Below are positions 17,050 through 24,356 of a stretch of DNA of 24,356 nt, one piece after another. The DNA comes from a virus (taxonomy: Duplodnaviria > Caudoviricetes): IMG/VR virus record IMGVR_UViG_3300048762_000041, positions 1 to 24,356 of that record; one strand, 5' to 3'. The position numbers and the translations under genes are program-made. The notes under the pieces were generated by a model that did not search any database, was not told the origin of the DNA, and was given only the letters and a program-made list of their open reading frames with translations. The first letter of the stretch is position 1, and every line of letters starts with the position of its first letter.

Positions 17050-17207
17050 TATATTTTAACTAATTCATTAGCTAAGAATTGAAGTATTTTTGTAGTCCCA
17101 TTAATTCGAACTAAAAAATACCCAGATGCAAGAACACTTACTACCTGACCAATATCCCCGGAACCCGTACCTATTAATACTCGTACCATGTCGCCTATGC
17201 TAATCAT
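17049..17207 (-). CDS. KOW-motif (SH3-like) small protein, 52 aa
   Basis: Hand-translated MISIGDMVRVLIGTGSGDIGQVVSV... matches KOW pattern GDxVxVxxG...GxV. Confidence 0.65.
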   Translation of the reverse strand: MISIGDMVRVLIGTGSGDIGQVVSVLASGYFLVRINGTTKILQFLANELVKI

Positions 17208-17538
17208 CCCATCCCCCTATCAATATTTCATATAATCCGTGGTTGCTATAGCCCTCGAGTAATAGCCAACCGGCCTCACGTGAGCTAGAAAATTCGTCCC
17301 AAAGGTTTTCTACTTCCTCCGGGGTTAACTCCAAATTATATTCGATTGCCACATACCATAACCGCCTAACATCATCGGGATACCTAAATTTTGAAAAATA
17401 ATGGTCTTGATCTAAATATTCAATTCTATCTTGAATTTTTATTTTTACGCTCTGCCTGAATTTATTCGGTAGATATATCCCTTGACACTGTTCAATATCA
17501 TGAATTATTAACTCTAATTCCGCACGTGTGAATATCAT
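17200..17538 (-). CDS. Hypothetical protein; N-terminus (MIFTRAELELI...KIKIQDRI) resembles the FTKEEL family
   Basis: GGAGG RBS; ATGA overlap with exonuclease. Confidence 0.7.
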   Translation of the reverse strand: MIFTRAELELIIHDIEQCQGIYLPNKFRQSVKIKIQDRIEYLDQDHYFSKFRYPDDVRRLWYVAIEYNLELTPEEVENLWDEFSSSREAGWLLLEGYSNHGLYEILIGGWDD

Positions 17539-18626
17539 TTAGAACCTCCGAATATTTTTCGTCCATCTTTAGATTCAACGAGTTTTAAACCGCCCTGCAC
17601 TCGTTGTGAATATTCCGCCAGCAAGCCATCATCCACGCCTAATTTTCGTGCTTGAACAGGCGTTATAGGCTCAGAAGGTTTCGATAAATCAAATCCAAGC
17701 AGTTCACCTAAAGTGATTATTTCCTCGGTAGATTTCGTCCACTTCTCACGTCCTGCCGTAGCTTCTAATTTAAATCCGGGTACAAACTCACCTCGAGTAA
17801 TCATCGATTTTGCTTGCTCATATAACCCCGTTATTCGCGCGTCTAATAACTTCGCCGCCCGCGTTAAATAACGTAATTCATTACCTGTGGATAGAGGCGT
17901 TAATTCCCACGGTGAGTTATCCATAGTTAGATCAACAGCGTTTAACCCGGATTGCTGTAATGTTTGGCAAGCATGACGGCCAGAACAGTGGTTGCATTGA
18001 GAGCTAGGACGGTGAGGTGCGTTTGAAGTAGTTGCCAAAGATTCCGCCGCACGGAGTTGCTCCATATATACTAGCCGCAATTGGTCTTTAGTTATCGTCC
18101 ACGAACGGATATTCCCCTCACGCGTATAACAACGCGGCTGGACGATAGTCATAGTCACATTATCGAATTCTTCTATCATCGATACGCCCGCCGCGTACTC
18201 TAATAACTGCCAGTTTTCAAATACTTCAACATAGGTATGACCGAATTTATAATCCCAGATATACAGATGCCTGTTTTTAATTGTCCATACGTCGGGAATA
18301 CCTTTAAGCATTGGATGAATAACAGAAATATCTAAAGGTACTTCAATCATTAAAGAATGACCGGAATCGCGTTGATGCTCGGATATAGCATCCCAGTATA
18401 ACTGAGCACCTTCTATCATTTCCGATGTTACAGGCTCACCATTAGGCGCACTTAAACCCATATTGTGATTACCAAGTAATACTTGAACAGCTACCCAATG
18501 CGCCGCTTTACCTTCACGAGATGCGGGCGATTCTTCGGTAATGGGATATAACGCTTCAAGTGCTTTAGAACCCGGGCAAGCAATACGACGCGCGGCGTTA
18601 GATGGGTTCATTGATGATTTCCTCAA
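17535..18626 (-). CDS. DUF2800 / Cas4-like PD-(D/E)XK exonuclease
   Basis: 'PSNAARRIACPGS', 'EGKAAH', 'GIPD', 'DYKFG', 'NWQLLEYA', 'IVQPR', 'CNHCSGRHAC'. Confidence 0.9.
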   Translation of the reverse strand: MRKSSMNPSNAARRIACPGSKALEALYPITEESPASREGKAAHWVAVQVLLGNHNMGLSAPNGEPVTSEMIEGAQLYWDAISEHQRDSGHSLMIEVPLDISVIHPMLKGIPDVWTIKNRHLYIWDYKFGHTYVEVFENWQLLEYAAGVSMIEEFDNVTMTIVQPRCYTREGNIRSWTITKDQLRLVYMEQLRAAESLATTSNAPHRPSSQCNHCSGRHACQTLQQSGLNAVDLTMDNSPWELTPLSTGNELRYLTRAAKLLDARITGLYEQAKSMITRGEFVPGFKLEATAGREKWTKSTEEIITLGELLGFDLSKPSEPITPVQARKLGVDDGLLAEYSQRVQGGLKLVESKDGRKIFGGSK

Positions 18627-19365
18627 GAGCCATAATAATTCCGGGAATCAGATCAGGTCTTGTAGCCGCAACAGGTATAGAAGGTATACCGAAATCGCTA
18701 AGGACTTTCATAACATTATGACGCTCTATTTTTTTATCAGTGATACCTGTTGTGATCAGAGTCATCATTGCCGCGAAATCCTTAACGGGTACGTCTGGAT
18801 TAATCGGAGGTGCTGGGATTTCTTGAACCGTTTTTAATTGTGATTCAATTCTGTCTTTTACAACAGGACCCACACCGCGTAAACCCTTCCAAGAACCGTC
18901 TTTATTCTTAGTCTTTGTACGTGCGTGAAGTCTTCTATCCCACGGTAAACCTCTTGAATCTAATTCAACGTGAATTAATTCTTCCGGAATAATATCATCT
19001 TGTGGGGGTATAACCGGAACATCGGGGCATTTAGCGAATACCGTGGAGGGTTCGGGGGATTGTGACTCTAAATGGTGGCTGTTTGTTATATCGTTTAAAT
19101 ATGCCATTCCAACATTAAACGCTTTTCCCTCATCCGTAACAGGGTCAAACTCTCTTTCCAGATCAGGATTAGTCGTATTTTCAGGATCGCGCCCTACAGA
19201 CATTCCCAAATCTTTAAGAGGAAAAGGTACTTGAGAATCAATACTCGAAGGAATAACGCACACTGTTTCCCTATTATTTTCTGCAACCTTCATTATATAA
19301 TCCGCAAGAGCCTCTAATTCATAGGGTCTCATTTTCCCGATATCCGTAATCTCTATATTAATCAT
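18598..19365 (-). CDS. Conserved phage protein upstream of DUF2800
   Basis: 'LDSRGLPWDRRLHARTKTKNKDGSWK' motif; ATG 19365 preferred since the TTG at 19389 lies within the promoter region. Confidence 0.75.
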   Translation of the reverse strand: MINIEITDIGKMRPYELEALADYIMKVAENNRETVCVIPSSIDSQVPFPLKDLGMSVGRDPENTTNPDLEREFDPVTDEGKAFNVGMAYLNDITNSHHLESQSPEPSTVFAKCPDVPVIPPQDDIIPEELIHVELDSRGLPWDRRLHARTKTKNKDGSWKGLRGVGPVVKDRIESQLKTVQEIPAPPINPDVPVKDFAAMMTLITTGITDKKIERHNVMKVLSDFGIPSIPVAATRPDLIPGIIMALEEIINEPI

Positions 19366-19382
19366 AATACTCACTCTATAAA

Positions 19383-19411
19383 TTGACAAAAACCGATAAT
19401 ACTATTATATT
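19383..19411 (+). promoter_or_regulatory. Sigma70 promoter for the helicase operon
   Basis: TTGACA(19383-88)-N17-TATATT(19406-11); AGGA RBS before ATG 19442. Confidence 0.75.
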
Positions 19412-19426
19412 GCCTATAGTGTCAAC
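19396..19426 (-). promoter_or_regulatory. Sigma70 promoter with palindromic operator, copy 6
   Basis: GTTGACACTATAGGCAATATAATAGTATTAT: TTGACA-N18-TATTAT. Confidence 0.78.
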
Positions 19427-19441
19427 AGGAAGTAACTATAA

Positions 19442-21055
19442 ATGCAATTACGAGATTATCAAATAGATTTAGTACAACAGGTGTACAACGGGTGGGGTTC
19501 GGGTGCGGTCAATGTCATGGCACAACTCAGTACAGGCGGGGGTAAGACGGTAATACTATCTAAAATCATTTCAGAGCATAACGGATACTCGATAGCAATA
19601 GCCCATCGGAACGAATTAGTATCCCAATTATCGCTAACACTAGCCCGTTTCGGAATTCGCCATAATATAATAGCGCAGCGTGGAACTATACGTGAAATTA
19701 TAGCCATCCATCATTTAGAATTAAAAAAATCGTTTTACGACCCGCAAGCCGTTTGTATCGTGGCGGGTGTGGATAGCCTCTTAAGATTACCCCCTGATAC
19801 CCCGTGGTTCTCCAGAATAACTTTAATCATACAAGATGAAGCGCATCACGTACTTCGCGTTAATAAGTGGGGACGTGCAGCAGCACTATTCCCAAACGCT
19901 AAAGGCCTATACCCAACAGCAACCCCAACACGTGCAGACGGTAACGGACTCGGAAGACAATCAGACGGGCTTGCGGATACACTGATTGAAGGACCATCAA
20001 TGCGAGACCTGATCAGACGCGGATACCTCTCAGATTATAGAATCTTCGCACCCTCAAACGATCTGGACTTATCAGAAGTAACCCTATCCGCAGGGGGCGA
20101 TTTCAGCCCCGACAGACTTAGAACAGCGGTTCATAAATCCAGAATCACGGGCGATATAGTCACACATTACATGAAAATCGCCCCCGGAAAACTGGGCGTA
20201 ACGTTCGCAGTAGATATTAAATCCGCCGCTGAAATCGCGCTTGAATTCCGATTGTGGGGAATCCCCGCCGAAGTAATCAGCAGTAAAACCCCCGTGCTCC
20301 TACGTCAGCAAATTATGCGTAAATTCAGAAACCGTGAAATACTACAGCTAGTCAATGTGGATATCCTCGGTGAGGGCGTAGACGTTCCCGCAATCGAAGT
20401 GGTTTCAATGGGATTACCTACACAATCGTATAGCCGTTTCGCGCAACAATTCGGTAGGTCGTTACGACCCGTACCCGGAAAAACCGCTATAATTATAGAC
20501 CACGTGGGAAACGTAATGCGCCACGGCTTACCCGACGCGCCAAGAGTCTGGACGCTAGACCGACGCGAACGGCGCACCCGAACAACGCCCGAAGACGTAA
20601 TACCACTAAAAACGTGTATCTCCTGCCTCTCGGTCTATACTCGATTCCTGCGTAACTGTCCCTACTGCGGACACTACCAACCCCCAGAAAACCGATCGGC
20701 TCCCGAATTCGTAGACGGTGACCTGTGCGAATTAGATCCCGAAGTATTAGCATGGTTACGAGGAGAAATAGAACAGTCTGAAATCGCACCACACCCTCCA
20801 GCTCACCTAGAGGCATACGTTAAACGAGCAATCCAAAACAGACACACTGAACGAGTCGCCGCCAAATCAGAATTACGCGCCAATATATCCACATGGGCGG
20901 GATACCTACATGCGCGAGGTCGAAGCGACTCAGAAATATACCGCCAATTCTTCTACACGTTCGGAACGGATATTCTAACAGCTCAGACCCTTGGCACCAC
21001 TCCAACAAATGTGCTAAACTCTAAAATTGTTGACGATACAGGCAATATAGGATAG
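19442..21055 (+). CDS. SF2 DEAH-box helicase with C-terminal Zn finger
   Basis: Q motif 'LRDYQ', Walker A 'STGGGKT', 'DEAHH', 'TATP', 'EGVDVP', 'QQFGRSLR', CxxC..CPYC. Confidence 0.95.
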   Translation: MQLRDYQIDLVQQVYNGWGSGAVNVMAQLSTGGGKTVILSKIISEHNGYSIAIAHRNELVSQLSLTLARFGIRHNIIAQRGTIREIIAIHHLELKKSFYDPQAVCIVAGVDSLLRLPPDTPWFSRITLIIQDEAHHVLRVNKWGRAAALFPNAKGLYPTATPTRADGNGLGRQSDGLADTLIEGPSMRDLIRRGYLSDYRIFAPSNDLDLSEVTLSAGGDFSPDRLRTAVHKSRITGDIVTHYMKIAPGKLGVTFAVDIKSAAEIALEFRLWGIPAEVISSKTPVLLRQQIMRKFRNREILQLVNVDILGEGVDVPAIEVVSMGLPTQSYSRFAQQFGRSLRPVPGKTAIIIDHVGNVMRHGLPDAPRVWTLDRRERRTRTTPEDVIPLKTCISCLSVYTRFLRNCPYCGHYQPPENRSAPEFVDGDLCELDPEVLAWLRGEIEQSEIAPHPPAHLEAYVKRAIQNRHTERVAAKSELRANISTWAGYLHARGRSDSEIYRQFFYTFGTDILTAQTLGTTPTNVLNSKIVDDTGNIG

Positions 21056-21058
21056 AAT
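21029..21058 (+). promoter_or_regulatory. Sigma70 promoter with palindromic operator, copy 7 (inside helicase 3' end)
   Basis: GTTGACGATACAGGCAATATAGGATAGAAT: TTGACG-N17-TAGAAT. Confidence 0.78.
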
Positions 21059-21433
21059 ATGCGGTTAACATCGGAAGCAGGGATTTTATCAGACATAAGG
21101 CTAGAAGCCTCAGAAAAAGGCGCACGGCTCTGGCGTAATAACGTGGGTGCTACCTACACTCAATCCGGTAATTTTATAAGATACGGGTTAGCAAACGATT
21201 CATCGCAGCTAAACGCCGTTATAAAATCAGCGGACTTAATCGGAATACGCCCAATACTTATAACCCAAGAACACGTGGGTATGATTATAGGACAGTTCAT
21301 CTCAAGAGAAGTTAAAAAACCGGGGTGGAGATACTCCAACACGGACAGAGAACGCGCACAAAGTGCATGGGCGGAGTTAATATTATCACTAGGAGGTGAC
21401 GCGTGTTTCACGACAGGACGGGGTACATTATGA
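21059..21433 (+). CDS. VRR-NUC-like nuclease (putative junction resolvase)
   Basis: 'SEAGI', 'LWRNNVGA', 'SADLIG', 'EVKKPG', 'GGDACF'. Confidence 0.85.
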   Translation: MRLTSEAGILSDIRLEASEKGARLWRNNVGATYTQSGNFIRYGLANDSSQLNAVIKSADLIGIRPILITQEHVGMIIGQFISREVKKPGWRYSNTDRERAQSAWAELILSLGGDACFTTGRGTL

Positions 21434-21627
21434 ATCACATACAATCATCAACAGACCCCTTAACCGCGTGGTGCGGCGATCCGTTATCATCGGTTGAATT
21501 CTATTTTAAAACGATAGACCAAGCCGCCCTAAACGGATTATTTCCGGATAAAAAAACAGCATGTAAAGAATGCATTATGAAAATAATGGACGCTTTATTA
21601 AATAATATCGAGATTAAAAATGACTAA
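21430..21627 (+). CDS. Small protein with H/C..CxxC residues
   Basis: ATGA overlap with nuclease; MNHI..WCG..CKEC. Confidence 0.65.
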   Translation: MNHIQSSTDPLTAWCGDPLSSVEFYFKTIDQAALNGLFPDKKTACKECIMKIMDALLNNIEIKND

Positions 21628-21940
21628 AACGCTAAAAGGTGCAAGAATGAACCCCCTTGCTCGGAAACAGAAAATACTAGAAGCCGCCATAAGTCTGGCA
21701 ATAGTATCGGGTTATAGAAACATTACTCGCAAAGATGTGGCTATCGCCTCGGATTCCGCGCAAGGATTAGTTAGTCGCTATTTTAAAACAGTAGCTAACT
21801 TAAAAAAAGAAGTAGTACGAGAAGCATTAGAACGTGAAATTATGCCAATACTCGTCGAGAACCTGTTAGATAGACCCATCGCGCGTATTAATTTACCGCT
21901 GGAACTAAAAGATAAGGTTATACATTACTTACTAAACTAA
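21620..21940 (+). CDS. TetR-like helix-turn-helix regulator (short)
   Basis: 'RKQKILEAAISLA...GYRNITRKDVA.......GLVSRYFKTVANLKKEV' matches the TetR N-terminal HTH. Confidence 0.85.
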   Translation: MTKTLKGARMNPLARKQKILEAAISLAIVSGYRNITRKDVAIASDSAQGLVSRYFKTVANLKKEVVREALEREIMPILVENLLDRPIARINLPLELKDKVIHYLLN

Positions 21941-21955
21941 AGGACTATATAAAAA

Positions 21956-24265
21956 ATGCCAAAACTCCCACAATTACCTAGATTTATTCTATGCAAGTAC
22001 GAAGCTATTCCTAATTCCTCAAAAACAAATAAAATACCCCTAAACCCTATAACTAAATACGCGCACAGCCCCTTAGATCAATCAATTCACATGTTTTATG
22101 AAGACGCTAAAGAACTCGCAACGTCTTTAGGTCACGGTATCGGATTTGTGATTAGAAAAGAAGATAAGTATTTTTGCATAGATATCGATAATTGCGTAAA
22201 ACCGGAGGGCGGATGGAGTGATTTAGCTATTCAAATAATGACACTATTTGTCGGTTGTTATATGGAAGTATCTAATTCTAATCGAGGACTTCACATAATC
22301 GGTAAGTATGAAGGTGAAGAACCTATTCACGGGTGCAAAGATACATCCAAAGGTTTAGAACTTTATACCGACCGTCGTTTTATCGCATTAGCTGAAATAA
22401 GCCCCCAAGGGTCATTTGATGCCATTCACACGGGGGCTTTGAATCAATTTATTAAGGACTATTTTCCTCGTGTTTATGATTCGAATCCTCAATCCGAAGA
22501 CTGGACAACCGAATCACACCCCGATTGTAATCCCCCCGAGGATAATTTAGAACTAATCGAATTTATTCTAAATAGAAAACCTACAGCACAAGAAACATTC
22601 GGTTCAACGGTTTCTTTTAGAGATTTATTTGAAGCAAATGAAGAGGTTCTATCCAAAGCATATCCCCCAATAAATCAGGACCATACCTATAATAGAAGCG
22701 ATGCAGACGCAGCTCTAATTTATAGACTACATTATTGGTTAGGTGGGAATTGCGAACGTATAGAACAGATAATGAGACTTTCAAAGCTTTACTATCCTGA
22801 TCGGGAGGCTAAATGGGATGGTTACGAAAACTATCTCCCCAACTCAATTATGAATTCGAAGGGGAGACATAAAAAATGTTTTGCCCACTCCCATAGGCAA
22901 AGCAATAATAACGCAACAGGGAACATTAATCAACAGGAGGTAGGCGCACTTTTAAACATAGAGCAACAGATAGCCTACTTTCAAAATTGTACCTACATAG
23001 CCGAAACGCACCTGATGTTAATCCCTGAAGGCGTGTTGTACAAGCCCGAAGCATTTAACTCCATGTATGGGGGTGCTTCATTTCATCTTGACTTTAATAA
23101 TGAGAAGGTAACACGCAAGGCTTTTGAAGCGTTCACCCTCTCGCAGGGGTACAGTTTCCCCAAAGTTCATGCGACCTGCTTTAAACCATTGTTGGGATTC
23201 GGTGAGATAATAACCGAGAATGATTCACGCTTTGTTAATATCTATCGCCCCGTTAACCCTCCAAGAAATAAACAAGATGTTGAACGGTTTATAACCCACG
23301 TTACACATTTATTACCCCACGATGAAGACCGTTTGATACTTTTGTCTTACATGGCGGCCTTGATTCAATACAAGGGTATTAAGTTTACTTGGTGTGTGAT
23401 TGTTCAAGGTGTAGAGGGTAACGGTAAATCATTTCTTAATGAGGTATTGGCGTATTGTATAGGCCGTCAATACGTGCATAGCCCCAAATCTTCGGACTTA
23501 ACGGGAAAATTTAACGGTTGGATGGAAAACAAGCTATTAATCACCGTGGATGATATCTATCAGTCAAGTTGGGACATGTTAGAGATTCTAAAACCAATGA
23601 TTACTAATCGTCACCAAGAGATAGAGCGAAAAGGTATTGATAAAGTCACAAGGGAGGTATTCTGTAATTTCATTCTTAATACTAACCATCAAGACGGAAT
23701 CCGAAAGACCAAGAATGATAGACGCTTTGCACCGCTATTTACAGCGCAACAAGAACCCGAGGACATTATCCGATCAGGTATGGGCGGCGACTATTTCCCC
23801 CAGTTGTTTAGGTGGTTCAATGACGAGGGCGGGGCGGCTGCGATTAACGAGTATCTAAGCACGTTTGAGATACCCGATAAATACAACCCAACCACTTCGT
23901 GTATTAGAGCGCCTATGACGTCCTCGACGGAGTTAGCAATAGCTCAAAGTTTAGACCCAATAGCGCAACGAATAAAAGAATGGATAGGGGAGTCGATCAT
24001 AGGCTTTAAGAACGGTTGGTTATCTTCAATGATGATTAATCGAAAGCTCTTAGATCATAATGTTAAAGTGAATCCTAAACAGCTTCCTTTGATTTTAAAG
24101 AGTCTAGGGTATGTACCTCACCCCGGACTCGATAAAGGTCGCGCCAGCCGCACCATTAAACTAGACGGCGGGCAATCAAAGCTATATATACATTTAAGCC
24201 ATGTTACCACACTTGGATTTATGCCCATGAGCATTGTTGATGCTTACGAAAACGACCAGAAATAA
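21956..24265 (+). CDS. NrS-1-like primase-polymerase fused to SF3 (DUF5906/D5-like) helicase
   Basis: AEP motifs 'GIGFV..CIDIDNC', 'EVSNSNRGLH', 'LELY...RF'; helical bundle 'RSDADAAL'; Walker A 'GVEGNGKS', Walker B 'ITVDD', motif C 'NTNH'. Confidence 0.9.
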   Translation: MPKLPQLPRFILCKYEAIPNSSKTNKIPLNPITKYAHSPLDQSIHMFYEDAKELATSLGHGIGFVIRKEDKYFCIDIDNCVKPEGGWSDLAIQIMTLFVGCYMEVSNSNRGLHIIGKYEGEEPIHGCKDTSKGLELYTDRRFIALAEISPQGSFDAIHTGALNQFIKDYFPRVYDSNPQSEDWTTESHPDCNPPEDNLELIEFILNRKPTAQETFGSTVSFRDLFEANEEVLSKAYPPINQDHTYNRSDADAALIYRLHYWLGGNCERIEQIMRLSKLYYPDREAKWDGYENYLPNSIMNSKGRHKKCFAHSHRQSNNNATGNINQQEVGALLNIEQQIAYFQNCTYIAETHLMLIPEGVLYKPEAFNSMYGGASFHLDFNNEKVTRKAFEAFTLSQGYSFPKVHATCFKPLLGFGEIITENDSRFVNIYRPVNPPRNKQDVERFITHVTHLLPHDEDRLILLSYMAALIQYKGIKFTWCVIVQGVEGNGKSFLNEVLAYCIGRQYVHSPKSSDLTGKFNGWMENKLLITVDDIYQSSWDMLEILKPMITNRHQEIERKGIDKVTREVFCNFILNTNHQDGIRKTKNDRRFAPLFTAQQEPEDIIRSGMGGDYFPQLFRWFNDEGGAAAINEYLSTFEIPDKYNPTTSCIRAPMTSSTELAIAQSLDPIAQRIKEWIGESIIGFKNGWLSSMMINRKLLDHNVKVNPKQLPLILKSLGYVPHPGLDKGRASRTIKLDGGQSKLYIHLSHVTTLGFMPMSIVDAYENDQK

Positions 24266-24356
24266 ATAGATTTACGAGGGGTAGAGAACCAGTTTTGCGT
24301 TCTCGCCCTACACTTGATAAAAATTATCTTCAAATTCAATAACTCTCGAATAGCCA

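Noticed and set aside
17535-18626. Cas4-like gene as part of a CRISPR system
   Set aside because: DUF2800-type exonucleases are routine neighbours of SSB and PolA in phage replication modules; no cas1/cas2 or array present
24274-24312. Hairpin GAGAAC..GTTCTC after the primase gene as terminator or origin
   Set aside because: Short stem, no U-tract and too near the window edge to evaluate

Overview
Fragment of an AT-rich tailed phage genome (contractile-tail type; gene content reminiscent of Bcep781/OP2/AP22-like myoviruses). 1-7697 (+): end of the tape measure, a complete baseplate module, a tail-collar fibre and a GH108 endolysin. 7769-19365 (mostly -): many small accessory ORFs, family A DNA polymerase, PNK-type HAD phosphatase, SSB, DUF3310 protein and a DUF2800/Cas4-like exonuclease. 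19442-24265 (+): SF2 helicase, VRR-NUC-like nuclease, TetR-like HTH regulator and an NrS-1-like primase-polymerase/SF3 helicase. The most striking unannotated structure is a seven-copy regulatory element, GTTGACR-N5-GGCAAYA-N5/6-(-10). It is a sigma70 promoter whose -35 box is one arm of an 18-bp imperfect palindrome. It heads the early/replication units, I found none in the structural genes, and one copy lies just upstream of the TetR-like gene, suggesting an autoregulated phage-wide regulon. Three copies form identically spaced promoter+RBS cassettes. Also noted: one beta-rich domain inserted in both baseplate J and the tail collar, a decaying MN(D/E)FTKEEL paralogue array with a C11 tract, and two counter-oriented TGCTATACT-driven small hydrophobic genes. 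All family assignments come from motif recognition only; no database search was run.
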